From a virus (taxonomy: Duplodnaviria > Caudoviricetes), in IMG/VR virus record IMGVR_UViG_3300044708_000075, positions 1-52,346 of that record: 52,346 bases of DNA; one strand, given 5' to 3'. The first letter of the stretch is position 1; every line of letters begins with the position of its first letter. The notes beneath the pieces are model-generated. The model did not search any database, was not told the DNA's origin, and saw nothing but the letters and a program-made list of their open reading frames with translations. The translations under genes were made by a program, and so were the position numbers. This document shows, one piece after another, positions 8,543-18,000 of this stretch.

Positions 8543-9339
8543 CCGACCTATGGCAACCCTACGTCGCCGACCGGGCGATGACCAAGCAGGCCAAAGCCAG
8601 GTTCGCGTCCCTGTGGAAAACGCTGGAACCGCATTTCGGCTACAAGCTCGGCAAGGCGATCAGCAAGGCCGACTGTCGCGACTATGCGGCCATGCGGAAG
8701 CGGGCGGGCAAGTCGAACTCAACGGTCAAGACCGAACTCGAGGCGCTCAGAGCATGCCTCAGATGGCACTACGGGAAGGAAGCGCCGCAGATCCCGGCAC
8801 CGCCCCCATCGAAGCCGAGGGACCGGTTCCTGACCAAAGAGCAACGGGATCGGCTGTTGTCGGCGATCGACACGCCTCACGTCAAGCTGTTCGCGATCCT
8901 CGCCTTCACGACAGGAGCAAGGATGGGCGCGATCCTCGATCTGACCTGGGACCGCGTGACGGCGGAAACGATCGACTTCATGCCCGCCGGGCGCGACCAG
9001 ACGAACAAGCGCCGCACCGTGGTTCCGTTGAACGAACAGGCGAAGAAGGCGCTGGCGGAAGCGCGCCCAGCTGCGCTGACCGATTACGTGATCGAGTACG
9101 GTGGGAAGCCGGTCAAGAGCGTGAAGAAGGCCATCGCGGCTGCATCACGGCGCGCGGGGATCAAATGCTCGCCCCACGACTTCCGGCGATCGGCGGCGAG
9201 GTGGATGGCGGAAGCGGACGTACCGATGGAGCGCATCGCGCAGTTCCTGGGCCACACCTCGACCCGCATTACCTACGAGACCTACGCCCGCTTTTCACCC
9301 CGGTTCATGGCGGACGCGGCGGCGGCTTTGGACTGGTAG
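8377..9339 (+). CDS. int: Tyrosine recombinase / phage integrase
   Basis: TGAR (R), HDFRR (HxxR), LGH..YETYA (H,Y); attP follows immediately. Confidence 0.95.
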   Translation: MPEYRLVWHRDQWSLAYTGPRGRVRVATGAADRGIAEARASAIWRTRSRPKSERVADLWQPYVADRAMTKQAKARFASLWKTLEPHFGYKLGKAISKADCRDYAAMRKRAGKSNSTVKTELEALRACLRWHYGKEAPQIPAPPPSKPRDRFLTKEQRDRLLSAIDTPHVKLFAILAFTTGARMGAILDLTWDRVTAETIDFMPAGRDQTNKRRTVVPLNEQAKKALAEARPAALTDYVIEYGGKPVKSVKKAIAAASRRAGIKCSPHDFRRSAARWMAEADVPMERIAQFLGHTSTRITYETYARFSPRFMADAAAALDW

Positions 9340-9378
9340 GTGGTTCAAATGTACCACCCGACGCTTTCGGAAAAAGGC

Positions 9379-9422
9379 GGTGGGCGGTGACGGGCTCGAA
9401 CCGCCGACCCTCTCGGTGTAAA
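9379..9422 (-). other. attP core: 3' half of tRNA-Val(TAC), anticodon loop to acceptor end
   Basis: Minus strand reads TTTACACCGAGAGGGTCGGCGGTTCGAGCCCGTCACCGCCCACC (anticodon TAC, T-loop GTTCGAG); no 5' half present. Confidence 0.9.
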
Positions 9423-9604
9423 AGGGATAGCCGCCAGCAAATCTGCCGTTTTCTGGACAATCTCAGAGACGGTTTCGCCAACGTCGCTCTAGGGACGCAA
9501 TGGCGGGGTGGTTCATGCGGAACCAGCCGACGCTCTCGGGACTAGCGCACCATCACAAAGCAATACACCGCAAGCAGATTAAGCCCGTCCTGAGCAAATC
9601 GCTA

Positions 9605-9712
9605 TCAGCGCACCTGAACGAAGCAAATCGACGCCAGCACATTAGCACATACGAATCCACCGAAGGCTCCGATGACCAGCCAGCAGATGATCTGGAAAGC
9701 GAGGAGCATCAC
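9605..9712 (-). CDS. Small hydrophobic protein at end of lysis operon
   Basis: MLLAFQIICWLVIGAFGGFVCANVLASICFVQVR; GTGA overlap with o-spanin stop. Confidence 0.5.
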   Translation of the reverse strand: MMLLAFQIICWLVIGAFGGFVCANVLASICFVQVR

Positions 9713-10071
9713 CGCTCGCACTCCGGATATTTCGGCGGCTCCATCGGCGGCAACCCGGCACTCACCCGCAGCAGCGGATCGGCTTTCACCGCATAGGCGA
9801 CGAAGCTGCATACCTGGGCCAATGCGAGGTCGAGCGCCTGAGACACGTTCGCCGGCCGCTTGGGCAAGGGGCTCGGTAGCACCGGCACATCGGCGGGCTT
9901 GATCGGCTGCACGGCTACGGGCTTGACGACCTCCACGATGCGATCACGGACAGCTGGGGTCTGGCATCCGGCGAGCGACAATGCTAGAATAACCACGGTT
10001 GCGGCGGTGCCGATGTGGTTCGAGTCCCGCCTGGTGGCTAAGGTATCGTCGCAACTATTCCTCATCGCCAC
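9709..10071 (-). CDS. o-spanin (Rz1-like lipoprotein)
   Basis: Lipobox VILALSLAGC, Pro-rich mature part, overlaps i-spanin end. Confidence 0.75.
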   Translation of the reverse strand: MAMRNSCDDTLATRRDSNHIGTAATVVILALSLAGCQTPAVRDRIVEVVKPVAVQPIKPADVPVLPSPLPKRPANVSQALDLALAQVCSFVAYAVKADPLLRVSAGLPPMEPPKYPECER

Positions 10072-10499
10072 GTCTCCTCAACTGCCTTGGATGGCTTGCA
10101 GACGGCGCTAGAAGGCACCGTAGAGCGCGAAGACGCCCTCAGACGCTCAGCGGTCGCCTCGGCCCCGCGCGCGCGCGTAGCGGCCCTTACAACGGCTTGC
10201 GCGGCCTCGGCCTGTGCCTGCTTGGATTTGGCCGCGAGATCGTTCACCGCCGCGTTCTGGCTGGCGATGGCGGATTTGAGGTTGGTGACGGACTTGCCCA
10301 GCTCGGCAATCTGCACCGCGACTTGGCCGCACGCGAGCTTCTGGTTGTCAGCAGCGGTGCGCGTTGTCTGGCAAATGAGGACGAGCTTTTCGCCCCGGCT
10401 TTCGGCTAGAGACTTGTAATGCTTGAGCCCGAGGATGAGGCCGACTAGGATCAGCACCCCGACGCCAGCGCCGATGAGCTTCATGTAGAGGCCGCTCAT
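10062..10499 (-). CDS. i-spanin (Rz-like)
   Basis: N-terminal TM then Ala/Lys/Gln coiled coil, C-terminal Cys. Confidence 0.75.
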   Translation of the reverse strand: MSGLYMKLIGAGVGVLILVGLILGLKHYKSLAESRGEKLVLICQTTRTAADNQKLACGQVAVQIAELGKSVTNLKSAIASQNAAVNDLAAKSKQAQAEAAQAVVRAATRARGAEATAERLRASSRSTVPSSAVCKPSKAVEETWR

Positions 10500-10750
10500 T
10501 TCCCCAACCTCTTCGCCAGCAGCGGTATCGGGCAGTCCTCACCGTGGCTCACCGTCCCGTCCGGATGCGGGAAGCTGTCACAGATTTTGCAGGAGCCATC
10601 GTGCTCATCGAAGGCGGCTTCCCACAGAGCGATGAGCAAGGGCCGGTCGCGGTTGGTTTCCTTGACGGTCTCACGCGGGTTGGCGTCTGCCTCGGCTTTG
10701 CTGGCGAACCGTCCGGAGACGGCGCTTCTGATACGGCTGAAGGCGTTCAT
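10496..10750 (-). CDS. Hypothetical protein with Cys/His cluster
   Basis: CKIC..H..DCP; ATGA coupling to i-spanin. Confidence 0.5.
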   Translation of the reverse strand: MNAFSRIRSAVSGRFASKAEADANPRETVKETNRDRPLLIALWEAAFDEHDGSCKICDSFPHPDGTVSHGEDCPIPLLAKRLGK

Positions 10751-10959
10751 GCTATGCGATCCTTGTAATGAGGGATGTTGCTGCTGTTGACGGGGCACAG
10801 GGTTAGGAGCCGCCACGGTACGACGCTTGCGGGCTCGGATGCGGGGATCTTCTCGACGAGCGGGAGCCCGTGGTTGTTGGGATCATCGGCAATCGACGCG
10901 ACGCAGGCGAACATCAGGGCGAATGCGCTCAGCCAGATGATGCCGATGAGGAATTTCAT
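10747..10959 (-). CDS. Small secreted/membrane hypothetical protein
   Basis: Signal-like N-terminus MKFLIGIIWLSAFALMFAC. Confidence 0.45.
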   Translation of the reverse strand: MKFLIGIIWLSAFALMFACVASIADDPNNHGLPLVEKIPASEPASVVPWRLLTLCPVNSSNIPHYKDRIA

Positions 10960-11441
10960 GGCATCTGCTTCCCGGTATCGGCGGGCTTGGGCGCTTCGGC
11001 AGTCGGTACCGGCGCGCTAGGCGGGTTGACAACCTTGACGGGCGTGGCGTCGTCGGGATCGTCGCGGCTGACATCGAACTCAATCCCAGTTGCGGCCACT
11101 TTGCCGGACGCTCGCGCGCCAGCAATCACGACGACAACGAGGACGACCAGCACCAAGTTATAGCCGCCCATCGAAATGAGCAGCGCGTTCGCCTCTGCCT
11201 GCACTTGGAGCTTCAGCAAATCGACGCACGCGACCAGGCCGACGAACGTGTTGCCGGGGGTGATCCGCTCGGCCTGCAGCGCCCTGGAACAAAAGTCCGG
11301 ACTGGAAAGCACGGCCAGTAGCTTGAGGATGGTATAACCAAGGAACACGCCGGTCGCCATGACGCACAGCACGGCGAACGTGCTGATCGGGTTCTTCGCT
11401 AGTGTCAGCGCTAAGGTGCGCCATCCTCCTGGGCGAGTCAT
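10956..11441 (-). CDS. Holin-like membrane protein
   Basis: 2-3 hydrophobic segments, charged/Pro-rich tail, directly downstream of endolysin. Confidence 0.55.
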   Translation of the reverse strand: MTRPGGWRTLALTLAKNPISTFAVLCVMATGVFLGYTILKLLAVLSSPDFCSRALQAERITPGNTFVGLVACVDLLKLQVQAEANALLISMGGYNLVLVVLVVVVIAGARASGKVAATGIEFDVSRDDPDDATPVKVVNPPSAPVPTAEAPKPADTGKQMP

Positions 11442-11953
11442 GCTGCCATCCCCTTTGCCTTGGCGCGCACGTCCTCAACGCGGGTCGTCCAGCCGTGGCC
11501 GAAGCGATCGAACGTCTGCAACTGGCGGAGGAAGTTGAGCCGCCATGCGCATACCGTGTCGATCAGTGCCGCGGCGGGCTTGGATGCGACCGTCGCCAGC
11601 GTCACCGGCCCGATCTGTCCGTCCTCAACCGCGCCGACGGCTCGCTGGAGGTATCTCGAGGCCCGGTTGGCACCCGAGTTCACCGCGAAGTCGAAGATGC
11701 AGTAATCGAGGCCGGCGGGCAGATCGTCGCAGCGGCAGGTGTTCCAGTAGCGGCGGCGGTAGATCGCCCCGATCTCGTAGCCGTTGATTTGCCGGACGCT
11801 GCGCTGCGCCAGCCCTTCGCCCGCCCGCCAATCGTCGTAGACCGCCTGCGTGACGCCCTGGTTGGTTGCTCCGCCTGGATCGCGCGGATCGTTTACGAAG
11901 CCGCCTTCGTGCTGGAGGACGAGCGCTAGTGACTGGGCGAAGTTCTCTTTCAC
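11438..11953 (-). CDS. Endolysin, glycoside hydrolase family 108 with C-terminal peptidoglycan-binding region
   Basis: HEGGFVNDPRDPGGATNQGVT, FDFAVNSG, DGQIGPVT, FGHGWTTR; GTG start after ggagg. Confidence 0.92.
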   Translation of the reverse strand: MKENFAQSLALVLQHEGGFVNDPRDPGGATNQGVTQAVYDDWRAGEGLAQRSVRQINGYEIGAIYRRRYWNTCRCDDLPAGLDYCIFDFAVNSGANRASRYLQRAVGAVEDGQIGPVTLATVASKPAAALIDTVCAWRLNFLRQLQTFDRFGHGWTTRVEDVRAKAKGMAA

Positions 11954-12354
11954 GCTGGCCCTCCCGGGATGACCTTGAAGATGATGGCGATGATTGCCGC
12001 GACCGCGACGACAACGGCGGCGGCCATTGCCCATAGCTGCCCCGCGCCGATCGCCTTGTTGGCGGCGGCGATGTCCTTGTCCTCCAGGTTCTTCAGCCGC
12101 CGTTCCGTCTCGGCCTTGTCGGCAAAACTCTTTTGAGCATCGACCATCGCCCCGCGAATCTCATTGGATGCTTCAGCTCGTTTGTCGGCGGCGGTTTCGG
12201 CTTTCAGGATCGCCTTCTCGGAAGCGGCCATTGCAGCGGCCACGGCCTTCTCGGCGGCGGCAAGGGCAGTCGTCACGGCTTCGCGATCGGCAGTGCGGAG
12301 CGCGTCGAAGTGCTCCTTAAGCGTCTCGATCGTCCAGACTTGCTCGGCGGTCAC
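11950..12354 (-). CDS. Coiled-coil protein with C-terminal TM
   Basis: AVTTALAAAEKAV..KAETAADKR then hydrophobic tail. Confidence 0.65.
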   Translation of the reverse strand: MTAEQVWTIETLKEHFDALRTADREAVTTALAAAEKAVAAAMAASEKAILKAETAADKRAEASNEIRGAMVDAQKSFADKAETERRLKNLEDKDIAAANKAIGAGQLWAMAAAVVVAVAAIIAIIFKVIPGGPA

Positions 12355-12686
12355 GGCCCATGCTCCGCCGGCCAACCCAAAATATGAGCTTTCTCGTGGC
12401 AAGCGATCCGCGCGAACTGCTCGTGCAGGAACAGACACGGGTTCGGCAGCGCCATTTGGGGCGGGCTTTTCGTCGCGCAGGCGATCAGCAGCTTGCCCTC
12501 CGGAGCGCCGCCGCAAAGCTGCGTGACCGTCTCGGGATCGGCGAAATGTACGGCGGCGTTCGCGGAGCCCATGTAGCGCACGGGCGGGACCGGGATGAGC
12601 GCGATCGTCTCGGCTTCCGTTCGCTCAGCCGTGAGGTCGGAGATTTCCACCACGAGCGGCAGGAAGATCAGCGGCGGCGGGATCAT
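12351..12686 (-). CDS. HExxH-motif protein (minimal zincin-like)
   Basis: LIACA..ALPNPC..FARIACHEKAHILGW. Confidence 0.6.
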   Translation of the reverse strand: MIPPPLIFLPLVVEISDLTAERTEAETIALIPVPPVRYMGSANAAVHFADPETVTQLCGGAPEGKLLIACATKSPPQMALPNPCLFLHEQFARIACHEKAHILGWPAEHGP

Positions 12687-13090
12687 TTGCCGTTGCCCCG
12701 CTTCTTCGCGTCGGCCTCGCGCTCTTCGGAGACGATGCGCTGAGCTTCGTTCCGCGCCCTGCCGATGCCGTCACTGTAGCCCTTCAAAGCCGAGATTTCC
12801 TGCATCAACTTGGCTTTGTCGGCTTCGAGAAACGCGATCTTGTCGCCCTTCGCGACATTCTCTTCGCGTTCGACCTTGAGCGCCTCGTAAACACGATCGA
12901 GCTCTTCGAGGATGCGGCTATGAGCGGCGGCTCTCTCCTCCGCCTTTGCTTTCCGATAAGCGATCCATTGCTCGAGCATGGCTGGCGCGCCGTTCCACAT
13001 GCGGACGGCAAGCAGGAACAGGATCGCGGTGCTGGTCCAGGCCGCGCCAGTAATCGAGAAGATTTGGCGCAGGGCGTCGCCATCAACCAC
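12683..13090 (-). CDS. N-terminal TM plus coiled-coil protein (holin/antiholin-like)
   Basis: TM AAWTSTAILFLLAVRMW followed by a charged coiled coil. Confidence 0.6.
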   Translation of the reverse strand: MVDGDALRQIFSITGAAWTSTAILFLLAVRMWNGAPAMLEQWIAYRKAKAEERAAAHSRILEELDRVYEALKVEREENVAKGDKIAFLEADKAKLMQEISALKGYSDGIGRARNEAQRIVSEEREADAKKRGNGK

Positions 13091-13637
13091 CGCCCCCTCC
13101 GCCGATCGCGGCCGAGCGATATGAGGGCGCAAGGTGGCGCTTCGCACGCCTGCTGTAGGCCGGAGAGAATTCGACGATGTTGGCGCCGAGTGCTTCCCGG
13201 CGGGCCAGACGGTGAGCGGCGCGCCGGTTCGCGAGCGGCTCCGCACCAGCCAGCAGGAATTGTGCTGTCGTGATGAAATAGAGCGCCCAGTATTTATCGC
13301 CGAGGGTGCTAACGTAGACCGGCCAAGCTCCGAAGAAGAACAGGGCGAGGATCCATGCGTCCCATGGAGTAATCGCAGGCCACGGATTCCGGCCGGCGCG
13401 GACGATGCCCTTGGCGATGATGAACGCCACCACGGCGATGTCGGCCTTCATATATTCGGACAGCGCGAGTCCGTCGCCGGTCTTGAGATAATAGGCCTGC
13501 CCGACCAGCCATGAGATGGTGAGCGCGAGCGCGGTGGGGTTCCTCAGGCCTAAGCGCAGGCGCGGTCGCCATTGGATCGCCGCGGGGATCCCGACGCAAC
13601 CGACCACCAGCCACATGATGATCTCGGGCGTCGTCAC
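13083..13637 (-). CDS. Multi-pass membrane protein
   Basis: About 5 hydrophobic segments; GTG overlaps the stop of the upstream peptide. Confidence 0.7.
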   Translation of the reverse strand: MTTPEIIMWLVVGCVGIPAAIQWRPRLRLGLRNPTALALTISWLVGQAYYLKTGDGLALSEYMKADIAVVAFIIAKGIVRAGRNPWPAITPWDAWILALFFFGAWPVYVSTLGDKYWALYFITTAQFLLAGAEPLANRRAAHRLARREALGANIVEFSPAYSRRAKRHLAPSYRSAAIGGGGGG

Positions 13638-13786
13638 GGGAAGATGAGCGCCGGATCGTTGTGCGGCGGCGGGCCGTGGCCGCCGTCCTTTTTCGAAGGC
13701 GGCTTGCCTGGAGCATCCTCTTGCGGATCGACTGGCGGCACCGGATCCGGCTTGAACGGATTTGGCTGATCGGGCTGCGTCGCCAT
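13634..13786 (-). CDS. 50-aa Pro-rich peptide (below ORF-track cutoff)
   Basis: RBS gaggag; MATQPDQPNPFKPDPVPPVDPQEDAPGKPPSKKDGGHGPPPHNDPALIFP*; late promoter just upstream. Confidence 0.7.
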   Translation of the reverse strand: MATQPDQPNPFKPDPVPPVDPQEDAPGKPPSKKDGGHGPPPHNDPALIFP

Positions 13787-13824
13787 GATGATGCTCCTCG
13801 ATGGCTGGAGGCGTGACCATCAGG

Positions 13825-13859
13825 ACGATATTGCGGCTGCTCTTTTGGCTGTAGGTTCG
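13825..13859 (-). promoter_or_regulatory. Late promoter motif (lysis operon)
   Basis: CGAACCTACA-N19-TATCGT. Confidence 0.75.
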
Positions 13860-13890
13860 TGCCGTTCAGGGACAGCGGCGAGAAATCGAG

Positions 13891-13919
13891 TTGCCGATTA
13901 TTTAACAGGGTCTTATGTT
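13891..13919 (+). promoter_or_regulatory. Sigma70-type promoter of the moron
   Basis: TTGCCG-N17-TATGTT, then RBS taaggagg before GTG 13945. Confidence 0.55.
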
Positions 13920-13944
13920 GCCCGCCGCTCGGTAAGGAGGGCGT

Positions 13945-15090
13945 GTGTTCGATTGGCGTTATCTCGCTGCGCCGGTGTTCGTCGCAGTGATGCTGCCGAT
14001 GCTTCCGATCGTGGGCCCGCGGGACGGCGATCTTGCCGTCTGGCTCATTCCGTGGATGAGCGAGATTCACCGGCTTGGTTGGCATTCGATCGCAGGCGGC
14101 TTCTCGGAATATTCTCCGGCCTACATCTACGTTTTGAACCTGTTCGCTTGGGTCCATGATCCGGTTGCAGCGGTGAAGCTCGCCAATGTGCCGTTCATCG
14201 CCCTGCTGGTGTTCGGCGTGAACGCCTTGGCCGGCCGGACCGCCGCCGCTGTGTCGCTTCTCTTGCCGACCTTGCTCGTCAACGCTTTCGGCTACGGCCA
14301 GTGCGACGTGATCTTTACCGCATTTCTCGTCTGGTTCGTGGTCTTTGCCGAGCGTGAGAAGCCTGCACTAGCAGCATTGATGTTCGGGCTGGCCTTCTCA
14401 TTCAAGGCGCAAGCTGTGTTCCTCGCACCGGTCGTCTTCTATCTATTGCTCGCTGGCCGGATGAAGCTTCGCCATGCCGCCCTGATCCCGCTGACCTATG
14501 TGGCGATGATGGTCCCCGCAGCCATCGCTGGAAGGCCGTGGGGCGAGCTGCTGACCGTCTATCTCAACCAGACCAATGTCAGTGACCGCCTCGCGCTCAA
14601 CGTCCCCAACCCATGGTGGCTGCTGCAATTCTTCGTCAGCTACCGAACCGGCGTTGTCGCGGGCCTGATCGCTGGAGTTGTCGCGTCATTGGCCCTCGCG
14701 CTGTGGGCGTGGCGAACCAAGCCGCCGATCCTCTTGATGGCTTGTCTCGCTGCTGCGATCTTGCCGTTCGTGCTGCCCAAGATGACGGGCCGCTATTTCT
14801 TCGTGGCCGATGTGCTGACCCTCGCCATGGCATTTCGCAATCCGAAGACATGGCCGATTGCCGCTTCGATCCAAGCCGGATCACTGATCGCTTATGCGAC
14901 CCATTTCCTGACGTTCAGCACGGCGCTATTCGCCCTTGTTCCGTCGTCGCTAGGCGTTTGCCTGCTGTGCCTTTATGCTTTCCGCGATGCGCCGCGCAGA
15001 CAAAATCATCCTCGGCTTGGTAGTGGCCGTGATCATTTGGTCGTGGCTCGCGATTATGATGGGTTGGATCAATCGTCCCTACGATGTTGA
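13945..15090 (+). CDS. Polytopic GT-C-fold glycosyltransferase (GT87/mannosyltransferase-like), lysogenic-conversion moron
   Basis: About 10 TM segments; EYSPAY, YGQCD, FKAQ, LPKMTGRY; opposite strand to the late operon, own promoter. Confidence 0.75.
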   Translation: MFDWRYLAAPVFVAVMLPMLPIVGPRDGDLAVWLIPWMSEIHRLGWHSIAGGFSEYSPAYIYVLNLFAWVHDPVAAVKLANVPFIALLVFGVNALAGRTAAAVSLLLPTLLVNAFGYGQCDVIFTAFLVWFVVFAEREKPALAALMFGLAFSFKAQAVFLAPVVFYLLLAGRMKLRHAALIPLTYVAMMVPAAIAGRPWGELLTVYLNQTNVSDRLALNVPNPWWLLQFFVSYRTGVVAGLIAGVVASLALALWAWRTKPPILLMACLAAAILPFVLPKMTGRYFFVADVLTLAMAFRNPKTWPIAASIQAGSLIAYATHFLTFSTALFALVPSSLGVCLLCLYAFRDAPRRQNHPRLGSGRDHLVVARDYDGLDQSSLRC

Positions 15091-15092
15091 GC

Positions 15093-18000
15093 CTACGTCG
15101 CAGTCCGGCTCGGCGGGGTGAAGCTCGTTCCGCTCGGATAGCGACAGATGTTCGAGATTTTCACGCGACCGAAGCGGCCGTTGATGTCGCGGCCTGAGGA
15201 GAGAAGCGAATCCGTGCCGACGAAGAACGTGTCGCTCGAAGTGGTTGGCGCGCCAGCCCAAGCATTCGTCGCGGACTGAACACCGTCGATATACAGCCGC
15301 CACGTCCCGCCGTCGCGAACGACGGCGACATGGTGCTCTGATCCATCTAGCACGACGCCTGACGTGAGCAGCGCGGTGGCGCTGCTGAAGGCGTCCGCGA
15401 AGAACTTTACCCGGCCGGCGCCGTCGAAGAAGAAGGAATGGCGCGAGTTGCCAGATGCGCTTCTTGACGACGTGCCGCCGACCTCCGCCGCCGCCTGGTT
15501 GGTATGAAATTCTGTCGTCCAATCGGTCGTGACATCGAACGTCGAGCCGCCGGCCCATGTCGCCCAATCGCCAGTTCCGTCGCAGACGAGTTGGCTGTTG
15601 CCCGTATCGCAGGATGCGCCGCCGACGAGCGTGCCCGTCGCGCTGTCTACTTCATTGATCGGTGGCGACACTTGGAAGCGCGCGAGGAAGAGCGTGTTGG
15701 CGTCAGGCGCACCGCCATTTTCGCCGACCGCCGACATGGCGCCACTTCCCGAACCGCTGAATGCGCCTGAGCTATTGGCAACCCCGGTCCCACTGAACGC
15801 CCCAGCCCCGCTGCCGGACAATGCGCCAGGAGCCACCAGCGCGCCAACCGGGCTGAACACGCCGACGCCTGCTGAACCTTCGGCGCCGCCAGCGAACCCG
15901 ACCGTCACCCAGTGGTCGAAATACTGCAGGCTCTCGAAGGTGCCGTCGGCGTCGATCCGCTCGGATGATGTGCGCAGGATCACGACCGGCGCGCTGCCGA
16001 ACGAGGCGTCAGGCACGTCGAAGGTGGTTCCCGTCAATGCATCATGGGTCGCGAGGACCGTAGTCCCGTCGGCCCCATCGATAACCGTGATCGTGGTCGT
16101 CTGATCGGCTTCGGGCGCGGTCGTCGCGTCTGTCCACGACAGCACTTGCGAATCCTCGGTGGTCCGGTTGCGGTTCGACCAATCGACCGTCACCCATGGA
16201 TCGGGGCGCGCAATCGCGTCGATCGGATCGTCGGCGCTGCTGAACGCCACGCCATAAGCTTTGACGTTGGCCGGACGCGACGGAAGCCACGGACGATCGT
16301 CGAGCGTGTGGGTGAGGAGCGGCGCAGCGAACAGCGGCAAAAGTCCGCGGCTCGTCCTCGTCAGCAGGCGGTAGGTGACTTCCTCTGCAGCCGAACGTGT
16401 GACCGGATCTTCGAAGAGCGTGCTTTCATCGATGAACCAAACTTCGGTGCCGGCGGGCCAAGCGCGGGGTACCGTGTCGAGAACGCCGCGCTCGAGGTCG
16501 TAGGTCGAGCCCGTGGCCGTCACTAGTGCGATCTCGGTCATCTCTTCCGTCCCGTCGCCGATGATCGCGAAGCCGCCCTGCACCGGCTCGGTGGTTCCGA
16601 CGACATCCGTGAAGGCAACGCCAGCGCTTGTGGCCTCCGCATCGAGGTCCGCGGTCAGCGTTGCGCGGCCGAGGATATTGTTCGTCGCGAGACTGTCCCA
16701 TTCGGTCGAGCCGTCCGCCAACGTGATTTGGCCCGCGAGCTCGTAATTATAGGCGTCGGCGTTGGAGGTCGACGCGAGGATGCCCGCCAGAACGTCGGGA
16801 TATTCGCCGCCAGCGATCGAGGTGACGCCGTTGACCGCGAAATAATAGGGCAGCGTGAAGACCGCCTGATGCTCCATTGCTGACGGCTCGGCGGACGGGT
16901 CTTCCCACTCGCTGGTCGGCGGCGTCACGTAAGCACCTGCGTCGAGGCCGAACACATCCTCGATCAGCGACAGCTTGATCGACGGATCGCCGGGCTTGCC
17001 GTAATCGATGCTCGTCACGCGAACGACGATGCCATCGAGCCCGTACTCGGGCCAATCGACCTTGAGGACGGATGCCGGTCGCAGGAAATAGAACGAGCGA
17101 TCGACCTCAGCCTGCATGGTTGCCAGCGGAGCGCCGGCCGAGCGTAGTTCACGCATCGCCAGTCGCATCGCCAGGTCGCTGTAACGCACTCCGTAATAAT
17201 TCCGGCTGTCGCTGACGAGCCCGCCTTGGGTCGCGATGCTCGCCAGATCCTGGGCGGTGACCGTCTCGTCCTGCTCGTTGTCGGGGTTCGTCCAGGTGAC
17301 GTTGATCTCGTTGACGATCTCGCCCCACAGCTTGCGGCCGAAGTTCTCAAGGTTGGCGCTCGATGGGTCGATCGTCGGCAGGTCGTCGGGGTCGTAGTCG
17401 CCGCGGATCAGCTTGAGGGTGAGCAGGCCCGTCTGCGGATCGACGAACAGGACTGCGTTGGCGTGGTTCAATATCTCCTGGATGAAGTCCTGGATGGTCG
17501 ACTGGCGCGTCCACAGCAGCGAGATCCCCAACGGCTCGTCGAACAGCGTTTGAGCCGCCGCATCGAAGCTGCCCACGTCGATCAGTGTCGACGGGCTCCC
17601 CATGCCCCAGTCGGTATCGGTCAGCGCCTCGTAGATGATGTGGGCCGGGTTGGCGTCACGCTCGCCGCGGTCGAGGAACCGGATCGTCTGGTGCGTCGTC
17701 GGCTGCGTCCAGATCGCGTGGTTCACCGGGTCGTAGAATTCCTGGGGCCCGCTGCTTTCAACGACCCAGTCATTCGGGTCTACCGACCGGCGCACGGTCC
17801 CATCCTCGAGCGAGATTTCCGAATAGGCCGACCAGAAGGTCGTCTTGAAGGGATCGTTTTCAGGGACGTTGGTGTCGGGGCCGCTGAACGTCCCGCTATC
17901 CTTGATCAGTCCGGTCTCGTCGTCGATCGTGTAGAACTTGCCATCGGAGACGACGAAGAAGTGGTGATAGGCCGCGACGTGGCAGAAGCGCGGATCCGTG

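Noticed and set aside
9379-9422. Functional tRNA gene
   Set aside because: Only the 3' half is present; position beside int fits attP
13152-13162. Extra late promoter copy (CTGTAGGCCGG)
   Set aside because: Lacks the GAA/GAC part of the motif and lies inside a CDS
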